IMG/VR virus record: IMGVR_UViG_3300047361_000395
Span: 1 to 52,292 of that record
Direction: 5' to 3' (one strand)
Source: a virus
Lineage: Duplodnaviria; Caudoviricetes
Length of the DNA: 52,292 bases
Positions within the stretch are counted from its first letter, which is position 1; each line of letters starts with the position of its first letter. The translations under genes were made by a program, and so were the position numbers. This document shows positions 8,701 through 17,900 of the stretch, in pieces. The notes under the pieces were generated by a model. That model was not told the origin of the DNA. It saw only the letters and a program-made list of their open reading frames with translations, and did no database searches.

Positions 8701-11235
8701 TAACTCTTCCTGGTTTTCTTGTTGCTCGTTTGCTTGATCTTCTTTCTCAATAGTTTTCTCGGCGACCTCCCTTTCCTTCCCTTGCTCCTCAACTACCTCC
8801 TGTGGAACCTCAGACTTTAGTTGGCTGGGGTCTTGATTAGCGACTGCATCAATAGTTGTTTCTGAACCAGAAAAACCTGTAAGCTCTTTGAATTTAAATA
8901 AAAGATCATCGTAAGTTGTGGTTTTTTTCCTTACCCTGTTTGATGGATTATTTAATATAATATCCTTTATATTGTCTTCATCATATTGAACATTAAATTT
9001 TTCATTAATCTCTTTTATCACATCGTCTACATTTACTCCATTTTTTCTAAACCAAGAGAGTTGTATTGTTTTTGTAGTTTCTTTACGAACTCCTTTTGAT
9101 AATACTCTTTTAAGAAAGCTAGGGTTAATTTTAGTTCCTTCAATAAATTCAAATATAGGATCCACTTTTTGAGATGTATCTACCTTTGATTCTCTTTGCA
9201 AAGCTTGCGCAACTTCTTGAGCGTTTTCGCTTTTGTCTGCTATAAATTCATCAAACTCTATATTTGGATTCTTAGCCCCCTCTGGATCCACCTCTGTAGC
9301 CTTTCTTCCTTTTGTATAGTCATATTCTTGAACAAGTTCTTTTTCCGCAAGAGTATTTGTTTTTCTTTTCTTGCCTGTCTTAGAGTCGAAAGAAGCTATC
9401 AGCTTTCCTTTGCCATCGACTAAAGCTAGTGTTTGTTTTTTGGAACCTATTTCAAATGTAACAGAACCTTCGGGCTTAACAAATTCTGTAGTAGCGTCTT
9501 CTTCAAATAAATTAAAAGATTTTTTTTCTTCAGCTGGCTGCTGTGCTTCTTCAGATTCAACCGTCTCTTGCTGTTCGGCAGCTGGAGTTTCATCTGATTG
9601 CAATTCTTTTATTTGTTGTTTTAAATCTTCCCTTCTGAGTCTTGCACTTTCTGTTTTCTTGTTACTCAGTGCATCTAATTCAAGTTCAAGATCAATAATT
9701 TTTTCTGTATTTTTTCCAGCAGGGTCACTAACTATGTCTTCAGATATTTTAAATCTTTTTTGTTTGTTTTCTATCTTGTTAGACAACTCATTGTCGTTTG
9801 TGATTTTAATGTTGTTGTTTTTTAAATATAAATCCACCTCCTCTGGAGTGCTGCTGTCTATAAACTCCTCTATCTGCTCTTTGTTCACAGTCTTTCCGTT
9901 AAGCTCGTAACTAGCTATGCCTTTGCTAAGGTTTTTATAGTAGGGCGTGTTCTCTAGATAAGTTTTTGCAATACCCAAAGGTCCTGTAACTAAACCTCTT
10001 GAAGCACCTCCGAATGTTTCAAGCCCAGTTTCTATTGCAGAATACTCTTGTCCAGCGAATACCCTTGCGGTAGCTTCTCCTGCTCCTCCAGAAACTCCTT
10101 CTATAACACCTGCTGCAGTTATAGCTCCAGCTTTACCTGCTGCTTTTCCTAATGCTGATGTAGTTTTTTGAGCAAGTTTAGCTACACGCCCTGCTGCTTG
10201 TGTAGCAATTCCACCTCCTATTAAATCAAACAACGCTGTTGTTCCTCCTCTTTTTAAAGCTCTATTTCTTATGCTTTTTCTTTTTTCGTCATCGTTAAGT
10301 ATTTCAATAACATTCTCTCTATTGAAATCTTTGTCTCCTAATTCTTCTTTAAGGAACTCTATAAAAGAAACAGAAGTTTCCATCAGACCTCCTGCTGCAG
10401 ACATAGCTCCCACTACAGTTGCTGTTGGTCCTCCAGCGATACCACTAAAAACACCTGTTGCTGCTGTTAAAAGCGGCTCCTCGTAAGCTGCCTTTCCCAT
10501 TCCAACAAAACTTCTTATCCCTGTTTCTGCTAAAACTTTAAAAGAATTTACATCGTCATCAAAATCTGCAAGGGTTTTTAAAAACGCAAAGTTGTCTCCC
10601 CCGTTATCTTGTACCGCTTTTGTAAATTTTATCATTTCCTCAGACGGCGGTAGATTTTCCATCTGTTTAGCAGACTCGATTAGATCATCAACGTCTTCTT
10701 GTGTAAAATTTTTACCTTGAGTCATTAACTCAACCACTTCACTCACACTATTGCCCTGTGCTAAACCAGCATCTATGTTTGAAGAAAAAAAGTTGACAAA
10801 ATCCTCACCCCGGCCTGCTTTATTATAGACCTCGTCCTCGGGATTTACTATGTCAGTCGTTAATCCAACCCTGCCTGTCTTTACTTCTGGAACTTCAATC
10901 TTTGGTAACTCCGAAGAAGTATCCTCTAATTGTAAATCCGTATCTTCTTTTTTTTTTACAGGCTCAGGATCTTTTATTCCTAAAAGTCCAGCTAACTCGT
11001 TTTTAGTTCCTTCAAAACCAGTACTGGACATTAAATCAAAAGATAAATCTAACACCTCAGGATCTGTGCATAAAAGGGTGAAAAATTGTCCTCGACTCCC
11101 AGAAAATCCTGTTTCACGCATTCCTTTCCAGACAATATCTAAAACAGAGTCAAAATTTTCACCATATTGAGCGGTACCCACATCTACTTGTGGCGTTGGA
11201 TTATTTGGATCACTTATCTTTTCTTCCCCAATCAT
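5707..11235 (-). CDS. large internal virion/DNA-ejection protein with LPD38-like C-terminus
   Basis: 1842 aa, last gene of the structural block. Gly/Ala-rich membrane-like segment near the N-terminus, acidic linker, and C-terminal RETIDFSQGG...APYLNATFQG typical of large polyvalent/ejection proteins. Confidence 0.65.
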   Translation of the reverse strand: MIGEEKISDPNNPTPQVDVGTAQYGENFDSVLDIVWKGMRETGFSGSRGQFFTLLCTDPEVLDLSFDLMSSTGFEGTKNELAGLLGIKDPEPVKKKEDTDLQLEDTSSELPKIEVPEVKTGRVGLTTDIVNPEDEVYNKAGRGEDFVNFFSSNIDAGLAQGNSVSEVVELMTQGKNFTQEDVDDLIESAKQMENLPPSEEMIKFTKAVQDNGGDNFAFLKTLADFDDDVNSFKVLAETGIRSFVGMGKAAYEEPLLTAATGVFSGIAGGPTATVVGAMSAAGGLMETSVSFIEFLKEELGDKDFNRENVIEILNDDEKRKSIRNRALKRGGTTALFDLIGGGIATQAAGRVAKLAQKTTSALGKAAGKAGAITAAGVIEGVSGGAGEATARVFAGQEYSAIETGLETFGGASRGLVTGPLGIAKTYLENTPYYKNLSKGIASYELNGKTVNKEQIEEFIDSSTPEEVDLYLKNNNIKITNDNELSNKIENKQKRFKISEDIVSDPAGKNTEKIIDLELELDALSNKKTESARLRREDLKQQIKELQSDETPAAEQQETVESEEAQQPAEEKKSFNLFEEDATTEFVKPEGSVTFEIGSKKQTLALVDGKGKLIASFDSKTGKKRKTNTLAEKELVQEYDYTKGRKATEVDPEGAKNPNIEFDEFIADKSENAQEVAQALQRESKVDTSQKVDPIFEFIEGTKINPSFLKRVLSKGVRKETTKTIQLSWFRKNGVNVDDVIKEINEKFNVQYDEDNIKDIILNNPSNRVRKKTTTYDDLLFKFKELTGFSGSETTIDAVANQDPSQLKSEVPQEVVEEQGKEREVAEKTIEKEDQANEQQENQEELFDDSEKPESIDVLDTHMDAADKKLKKASLLKRAKDFAGKLPKVLKRQLIDRQADLKRILTNISDTKSIRALNLLITKAGSGALASQIFKGFESKIYKGLKSVETKALDSIIYARRIISINENRRQRRAKSAEYEAQYGSEITPEQAKNIDDEILDFYYEENEDTGVYEIRDFSPYEVTTEGKTINEDVANESLEQLKQRIGEEQYNKLFDRSEAYFESTKSLLERLYDSGRITKAQFDYFKDINYSPFRVIEKIFPESGKDLSSLTEKEEADFLRVNGIPAKDIMALKDGGEYTVMKDSKQLLAMYSAAVARRSFHNKFMNAFFDVYTKHAQNETIQEHMTTDPKVAAEKGFVPMGFFKDGKRTMLYVDETTAKQMLDLRGDTKLLDIAGTFSGAKLIRFFATGANPFFIVSNVPMDFVNVAFFTDAYNRGIEKFKPVAMFKLARDFSLNLAGKIKSDLTGSGKFKEALEEAIEHGMGFDFLSQEGKSKRVGSKKIGSKVVDFLSYAGVASEQAMRLSVYLKVKKDKIADYRKENGVEPTGQALEDIKFSSAAEARETIDFSQGGSLVKDLDKVAPYLNATFQGFRRPFKYYSENRLGFISNVVQATFLASSVPLANGLMAGLFFEDEEKDDVLRKLREETTPYERTNYFLLIDPRNPKNENGDINYIRIRKLPTIAPIAYLGEEMIHSYQSGKDFSFDDFSKTIEAAAPISGSLVDNIGYNPGVSAIAALNNYDLYRRQEIFRKNDNALINENAEGLYDEDVATIYKYFGFGGLDVVSPKRMQVAVEKFITSPSTNPLVGAGYASIETLSNLYKGGADVEPVKEGFKSFFEGIAKSSSRRMFRSTNPRVKDYATREKLEEDIKNVNTEIYLKESKVKNLISEYKEENKIEDRNPKIVPEKINKFINENFDSPEERRRMKRKTLRKIQLPSVSSIYFDLVFEKNSKSQGLILRAIYGEQIDKEEMNEVNKLSKLIMGRSLGKSAFREYKKLIIEGKK

Positions 11236-11236
11236 C

Positions 11237-12883
11237 TTACTTACCTTTTAATTTTGAATTTATCAAAGACCCATATTGACCAGATTTTCCTAAGGCCGCT
11301 GACTCTTGTGGGGTCAATTTTTCACCTGCTTCTTTCTTGGCTTCTAAAGATTTTAAAAACTCTTTCTGGGATGTATCGCTTAATTGTTTTCCTGTTAAGT
11401 TTTGGTAAAACATGTTTACTTCTTTTAAAGTGCCAGGATTAATTTCAATAACCTCCGAATAAGATCCGCCTCCCTCTTCCACAGGCTCTGTTGCGTTATC
11501 ACTATCTTCAAAGCCCACTTTTCCTTTTAAATCTATTCCCACTCTAAAAGTCCAAGCCCCAGTATTTTTGTTTCTTTCTCCTTGAAGAAGGGTTGTTTTT
11601 TTGATGGCATCAATACCTAAGGTTTGCTCTCCAGATTTTAGTTTATCATTCATTTGTCTTAAAATCCTAGTGGCAAATACGTTTTCAGCAGAGTCAGAAT
11701 CTGTTTGTTGCAGAGTATAGCTTATGTCAATACCAGAAGGCTTCCCAGGAATTTTTATTGGCATATATGTGTCAAAACTGTTTTCCACTTTATCTTCAGT
11801 TCCGTCTGGTTTAGTTACTGTAACCACCCTCTTCTCCATTCCTTGAGTATGAATGGGCTCTTTTTGATTATCCAGTCTCTTTTTATAAGCCAAAATAGCT
11901 TTAGGATCCTGATAAAATGTTTGCTGTCTCTTGAGTTCTAATTGATTCACCAACTCCTCTTGGAGCTTAACCTTTAGCTTTTTCCTGTCGTCATCTGTTG
12001 CTTTAAAAGAAAAAACATCCTCACCCTTAATGTGTCTCAGGTTGTTATCTTTAGCTATTTTTTCATCGTCATCCGCCAATCCAAGCTTCATCATCATATC
12101 TAAAATCTGCTCGTCTGTTTTTTTAGCAAGAGAAACATCAAAAGCGGTTCCAATAGCTTCACCTTTCTCTTCGTCAACTATTGAAGTAAAATCTTTAATT
12201 TTTTTGTCTCCTTTAACATATTCATCAAAACCACCAAGCTTTATTATCTCATCAATGTCTGTTTGAATATTCACTCCCTCTCTTGCGTCAAGAACCTTTT
12301 TAAACTGGCTAGCATTTACTCCTTTTACCTCCCCGTCAACAATTGTTTGGTATTGAAGTCCTTTTTCTGTAGAAACTACGTTAAAGTTTTTTGACATAGC
12401 TTCCAGGAGATCAGTTCTCACATTATTTACCTCACTACCTTTGCCTTCATCTTCTAGTTTTTTAACTGAGTCTTGATATGCCACTATATCCTGTGATAGG
12501 TTTTTAATCTCTCCAACTTGCCCTTTTATCTCATTGTTTCTTCTTCTAACCTCAGCCTCATCTATTGTTCCTTGATTATAAAGAAACTCTGTCTCTAAGT
12601 GAGACTGTTTTATTGAATTCCTAAGCTTTTCTGTAGATGAATCAAAGTCTAATATGCCTGTGTCGTCAAAATTATTTTCATGAACATATTGATCGTAAGT
12701 GTCAGCCATTTCTTTCTTGAATGCTGCCCTATTCTCATCAAACTCTTTTTGTCTTTTTCTGGTTTCTTCAGCTTGTTCCAATCCATATGCGGCAACACCT
12801 GCTGCTGCTGCTGAAAGATCAACAACATTAGCTTTTCCTCCGCCTGCTACCTGAAACCCCGCTACATAATCTCTTGCTGCCAT
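11237..12883 (-). CDS. putative internal virion (ejection) protein
   Basis: 548 aa, helical and charged, positioned between pilot-like and large ejection genes as in podoviruses. Confidence 0.55.
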   Translation of the reverse strand: MAARDYVAGFQVAGGGKANVVDLSAAAAGVAAYGLEQAEETRKRQKEFDENRAAFKKEMADTYDQYVHENNFDDTGILDFDSSTEKLRNSIKQSHLETEFLYNQGTIDEAEVRRRNNEIKGQVGEIKNLSQDIVAYQDSVKKLEDEGKGSEVNNVRTDLLEAMSKNFNVVSTEKGLQYQTIVDGEVKGVNASQFKKVLDAREGVNIQTDIDEIIKLGGFDEYVKGDKKIKDFTSIVDEEKGEAIGTAFDVSLAKKTDEQILDMMMKLGLADDDEKIAKDNNLRHIKGEDVFSFKATDDDRKKLKVKLQEELVNQLELKRQQTFYQDPKAILAYKKRLDNQKEPIHTQGMEKRVVTVTKPDGTEDKVENSFDTYMPIKIPGKPSGIDISYTLQQTDSDSAENVFATRILRQMNDKLKSGEQTLGIDAIKKTTLLQGERNKNTGAWTFRVGIDLKGKVGFEDSDNATEPVEEGGGSYSEVIEINPGTLKEVNMFYQNLTGKQLSDTSQKEFLKSLEAKKEAGEKLTPQESAALGKSGQYGSLINSKLKGK

Positions 12884-12893
12884 TTTAATTTCT

Positions 12894-13586
12894 TTAATTT
12901 ATAAACCGTGAAAAATCTGATGAATTACCTGTTAGTGAGGTGTTCATGTTTTGAGATCTTTTTACGGTGTCCATTCCAAAATTAGAGTAATCAGACTTAA
13001 TCGGATTTATGTTTGGTAAAGCTGGATTTTTCATAGTTGATTTTACTCCTCCTCCAACAAAAGGATCCTTAGCCTGCATTGAATCCATTGATGTTAATCC
13101 AGTCATTGCAGCACTTCCTATTTGCGTTAATCCAGCAGTTACAGCTTGCTGTCCAGCTTGCTGCTCTGACATTAAAGCCCCTATTTGAAAGTTTTCCCTT
13201 GATTCCTGCATCTGTCTTAAAGATTGAGCCTCTTGAAACTGCATCCTTTCTATTTGCATTTGCTGTCTATCCAGGTCTGCTGATATTTGTCTTTGTTGTT
13301 GTCCCTGAGCAGCCTCAACTCTTCCGAGACCTCCGACTAATCCTCTTACACCCCCAGCTTGTAGAGCATCAACACTTGTAGCTTGCCTTTGCAATGCTGC
13401 TTCTGTTTGTAACTCAGCCCCTAATGTAGACACTCTTAATCCTTCTGTTTGTGATAATTCTTGACGCTTAAAGTTTTGTAGCGCCTTTTTTGCTCTTTTA
13501 GCTCTAGCCGCTCCGGATATTGCGGTAGCAGCCCCTGCTGCTGCTGACACTCCTAACGCTATCGCTGTTCCAGTTGCTATTGCCAT
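12894..13586 (-). CDS. putative internal virion/pilot protein (T7 gp14-like position)
   Basis: Ala/Gly-rich N-terminus (MAIATGTAIALGVSAAAGAA), Gln-rich coiled coil; follows the GNAT-like gene. Confidence 0.65.
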   Translation of the reverse strand: MAIATGTAIALGVSAAAGAATAISGAARAKRAKKALQNFKRQELSQTEGLRVSTLGAELQTEAALQRQATSVDALQAGGVRGLVGGLGRVEAAQGQQQRQISADLDRQQMQIERMQFQEAQSLRQMQESRENFQIGALMSEQQAGQQAVTAGLTQIGSAAMTGLTSMDSMQAKDPFVGGGVKSTMKNPALPNINPIKSDYSNFGMDTVKRSQNMNTSLTGNSSDFSRFIN

Positions 13587-13978
13587 GCTTTAACTAATTC
13601 TAAAACGTTTTTATCGGACTCTATATATCCAGCCCTTTTATATCTTCTTAATAGACTCTTGTTCTTTAAAATAACATGAGCGTATTTACATCCATTTTTA
13701 TCTGCTAGCTCTAGAATACAATCTAAAAGAAAGTCTAAAGCTTCTCCTCTGTCTGAGTCTCTATATTCTTTGTTTGAAACCACAAACTCTGTCAGTCCAA
13801 CCTTAGAATTTGTAAGGTATAGAAACCCTGCACAAATATCAATATTGCCTTTTGACACAATTAGTCCGGTTTCTGGTAAAAAATCCTTGGGTGGTGCTTC
13901 CCATCCCCAGTTTTTCCACCATTTTAAAAGAACATTGTCATAGTCCTCTCCAGAGACTGTTCTTAAATTAAATTTCAT
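13577..13978 (-). CDS. GNAT-fold acetyltransferase-like protein (T7 gp13-like position)
   Basis: ICAGFLY...EFVVSNKEYR...RGEAL...LADKNGCKY...YKRAGY pattern of GNAT; lies between tail and ejection genes. Confidence 0.6.
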   Translation of the reverse strand: MKFNLRTVSGEDYDNVLLKWWKNWGWEAPPKDFLPETGLIVSKGNIDICAGFLYLTNSKVGLTEFVVSNKEYRDSDRGEALDFLLDCILELADKNGCKYAHVILKNKSLLRRYKRAGYIESDKNVLELVKAWQ

Positions 13979-13983
13979 TAATG

Positions 13984-13991
13984 CAAATATA
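13984..13991 (-). promoter_or_regulatory. Bacteroidota -7 promoter box (TATATTTG)
   Basis: TAnnTTTG in a 20-bp intergenic gap, 5 nt upstream of ATG 13978. Confidence 0.6.
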
Positions 13992-13998
13992 CTAAATA

Positions 13999-14946
13999 TT
14001 AAGGGAAGCTTTTCGAAACTTCTGAGTTTACAGCAAAAACCTCAACCTTAGAATTACTTGTGTTTGATATCTTAATATTTGCAAAATAACCTTTTAAGCC
14101 ATACGATTCTGCTACAGGAGACTTAGCTCCAAATATAAAATCGTTTACAGAAGGAGTGACTGCTGACGCACTTGTTGTTATAGACGTTCCTGTCATTCCT
14201 GATATAGTTCCAATTAATTGATAGCTCCCTGACGTAGCTTTGTAAAGAGAATCTCCTACAGATATTTCAGAAGGAACTGAAGTAAAATTGTAAACATTTG
14301 TTGTGGTGCTAATAAGCATTCCAACCCCCTGAACAGACAACAGCTCGGTATTAACTAAATCTGTAGAATTTCTTCTTATATAAGAATAATGAAACCCTTC
14401 TTTCTTTTCAAAAGAACTTTTATCTATATGACCTTGGTCTAGGTTCGTTGCAATAGTTACATCCCAATCCTTAGCGTCACCTTCAATCTCTATGGTTTTG
14501 AACATTTTAACATCTCCTGATGCATCATTAGACACAAACTCTAGCTCCGAAGGGTATGTTGCTCCATAAAAATTATTCCTGTTGGCGTCATTTGCGTGGT
14601 GCTTATAAAGCTGACCGCTTTTAAATGTAAAAAAATCTCCATTCATGTTGACCATAGACTCTGGTATCCACGAGTGGAAAGATGTCCATCCATTTACATA
14701 CTCACTAAAGCTTACCGTGTAGTTGTTTGAACCAGTAACTGTTGGATTCTTGTATGCCTGAGTAGATGGCGTTGTTGGGGTAACAGTTACCCCAGATGGA
14801 AGCGTATTAACGGGGCATTCGTCAGACAAATATTTTTCGATATAATCAGTGTCTGAAGCCACATTAGCTTTAGTTATGTTAGTAGGCTTTCCATTAACAT
14901 ACTTCCTTAGAGTTTTAACTTTTCTGTATCCTGATCTATATTTCAT
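13999..14946 (-). CDS. tail nozzle/stabilisation protein, C-terminal part encoded as a separate gene
   Basis: TVSFSEYVNGWTSFHSWIPE...FFTFKSGQLYKH...KMFKTIEIEG...KKEG...GLKGYFA...EVFAVNSEVSKSFP resembles the C-terminal region of Flavobacteria-phage tail tubular/stabilisation proteins. Confidence 0.7.
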   Translation of the reverse strand: MKYRSGYRKVKTLRKYVNGKPTNITKANVASDTDYIEKYLSDECPVNTLPSGVTVTPTTPSTQAYKNPTVTGSNNYTVSFSEYVNGWTSFHSWIPESMVNMNGDFFTFKSGQLYKHHANDANRNNFYGATYPSELEFVSNDASGDVKMFKTIEIEGDAKDWDVTIATNLDQGHIDKSSFEKKEGFHYSYIRRNSTDLVNTELLSVQGVGMLISTTTNVYNFTSVPSEISVGDSLYKATSGSYQLIGTISGMTGTSITTSASAVTPSVNDFIFGAKSPVAESYGLKGYFANIKISNTSNSKVEVFAVNSEVSKSFP

Positions 14947-14948
14947 AT

Positions 14949-17900
14949 CTATATATTTATAGTTATAGTTTTAAGTATTAATGGATCCGTGCCTGATCCT
15001 GGATAAAATATAGATGTTGCAGCATTGCTAACCGTAGGAGGTGTGTCGCTGGTTATTACTACAATCCCATACTTTGGAACAAAATCTTTAAGGTAGTACA
15101 CCAACTTAATTTCAGCATCAATCGTTCCAGGTTTGTTAGCAAGCGAAGAATAGAAAACCCCTCCAATAAGGTCTAGTGAGCCAAATCTAGATCCTGAGCT
15201 TCCTTCACCATTTTGTATAATCGTTGTGTTATCCCATTGACTATTGTCAGTTGACCCGCCGTAGGGATAATTTGAGTATCCTGTAGTTACTGGGAAAGCA
15301 GAGCTATTATTAGGAAAAGGCGTACCAGTTCTTTGTAACTGCCATTCATCATCCCCCAAAGAGTCAATTTTAATAAACTGTGCCTTAAATGGCGTGTATA
15401 TCTTTTGACCGTTACTATCATAGGTAAAACTTCCCGTGTGAATTGTCGCACCAGGAATGTCTGGATGAGAAAGGGTGTTGGTGTAACTTGTGCTTCCCAT
15501 AGAGCTTACTGTAACGTTTCCATTTGAGTCAACAGACACTCCAGACCCTATGTCTCCAGCCGCAGCGCTTAGGGTAATTTGAGCTCCTGAAGGATACGTT
15601 TCTCCAAAATTTTTGTTTTTTATATTTATTGTTAATGGCGGCACTGTATTGTAATAGGAATGAAGTTTTATCGTTTCTTGATTAAATCCTGTCTGCTTAA
15701 ACATAGGCCCAACATTTTGGTTTATCGTATGTTGTGTCAAACCGAGCATAGTAAAAGCATCCCCTCCGGCTACCGGAGAATTTGTATCTGAAAATGTAAT
15801 ACTGCTATTTGTATCTGTATAGGCGGTAACCTGAGGGAATGTTAGTGATTGATTTTCTACCCCACTAATAATTCCATTTAAACCTTGAGTTGAGCTCAAT
15901 CCTGATGTCACCTCAACCCAAGGTTTAGCGGTGTATGAAAATGCGCTTGTACATGGTTCAGATATAATAAAAGCTAAACTTGTGTATAAATGTTTGTTAT
16001 TGCTAGCATCGCTCCTAATAGCATGATTAACTAAAGATAGTTTTGTTATCTCCCTAAATCCTATAGGAGTAACTATAGCAACTGGGCTTGTTAAGCTATT
16101 AGGTCTTCCGTTAGAGTCTACGTCATTTGTGAATGCATACATTATTGCGTCACCAGGAATATCATTTATGCTCTGCCCTGTTAATGATTTTGCTGTATTA
16201 TCGGCGTTCCTCATTATTCCAATAGTATAACCAAGGGTTACTGCGGCATCTTTTGTAATATATCTGTCAGAAAGAGTTAATCCATATGTGGATCCTGTTT
16301 GTGCGTCACTCCACTGTACTGCATCGGTTAAATTTAGACTAGCCACTGTGACTGTGTTATCGTATGGAACGTAAGTAGTATCACTTACTCTTAATGCGCT
16401 GGAAGCAAGCGGAATATTTGCTAAATTTGAATCTGTTGTGCTACTGTTTCCATTGTAACCATCTGCTTGCATCTTATCAGCATAATGGTTTGGGAAGAAA
16501 AATAATCTTTCTGGAGGGCTACAACTAGAACTTCTTCCGCTACCAGAAGTATCACTGACTCCTGGTGTAGATGCATCTAAAGGAGCAGAATCAACAGAAT
16601 CAACTATATAGTCACTGTCTGTATCAGCAAGCAATGGGTTTGTTCCAGCTGTTGCTTCTTGAGCGTCAGTTAGACCATCGTTATCATCATCCGTGTCTGC
16701 ATTATTACCAACACCGTCTCCATCGGTATCTACGCTTTCAGAGGCATCTAGCGGGAAAGCATCATTCACATCTAAGACTCCATCGTTATCATCATCTGTA
16801 TCTAAATAATCTAGAGTTCCATCCCCGTCAGTGTCAGGGGGAGTGCTAGTGCTATCTAAAGGATCCGTTCCTGCAGCTGTTTCATCTGCATCTGAAACCC
16901 CATCATTATCATCATCAGTATCGGCGTTATCTCCAGTGCCGTCAGAATCCGTATCTGTTGTTTCTGTAGAGTCAAGAGGGAAAGCGTCACTGGTGTCCGG
17001 AGTCCCATCATTATCATCATCTGTATCTATAGCGTTTGGTATGCCATCAGAATCTGTATCTGTTGGAGTATCTGTACTGTCTAAAGGATTTGTTCCTAGC
17101 TGCGTTTCATAAATATCACTTATGCCGTCTCCATCGTCATCTAAATCAGCATTGTCTCCGATACCATCAGAATCCGTATCTGTTGTTTCAGTTGCGTCTA
17201 AAGGAAAAGCGTCTGCGCTATCAAGTACCCCATCATTGTCATCATCTGTATCTGCATTGTCCCCAATACCATCACTATCGCTGTCTGTAGTTTCAGTTGC
17301 ATCTAGCGGGAACGCATCAGAAGAGTCTGGAGTGCCATCATTGTCATCATCTGTATCAGCATTGTCTCCTGTTCCGTCGCCATCTGTATCAGTTGTCTCT
17401 GACGCATCTAGTGGAAATGCATCTGACGTATCGGGTGTTCCATCATTATCATCGTCAGTGTCCGCATTGTCACCAGTTCCATCGCTATCTGTATCAACGC
17501 TTTCAGTTGCGTCTAGCGGGAAAGCATCGCTTGAATCAGCAACTCCATCTCCGTCATCATCCGTGTCTGCATTATTTCCTATGCCATCACTATCTGTATC
17601 TATGGTTTCAGTTGAATCTAAAGGAAAAGCGTCTTGTAAATCTAAAACACCGTCATTGTCATCATCTAAATCAGCGTTATTTCCTACCCCATCTCCATCT
17701 GTATCCGTTGTTTCGGTAGCATCTAACGGGAATGCGTCATTAACATCTAAAACACCGTCGTTATCGTCATCGGTATCAGCGTTATCACCAGTTCCATCAC
17801 TATCTGTATCAACAGTCTCTGTAGAGTCTAAAGGAAACGCATCAGCTGTATCTAAGACTCCATCGTTATCATCATCTGTATCAGCGTTGTCACCGGTCCC

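Noticed and set aside
9371-9910. 179-aa + strand ORF (similarly 43884..44477, 32163..32705, 42432..42743)
   Set aside because: Antisense to clear genes; low-complexity Ser/Phe/Val/Ala composition expected from the reverse complement.
10550-10575. LADFDDD in the 1842-aa protein resembling the DFDxD motif of crAss virion RNA polymerase
   Set aside because: It sits in a short helical N-terminal region before a Gly/Ala membrane-like segment, with no double-psi barrel context; likely chance in an acidic protein.
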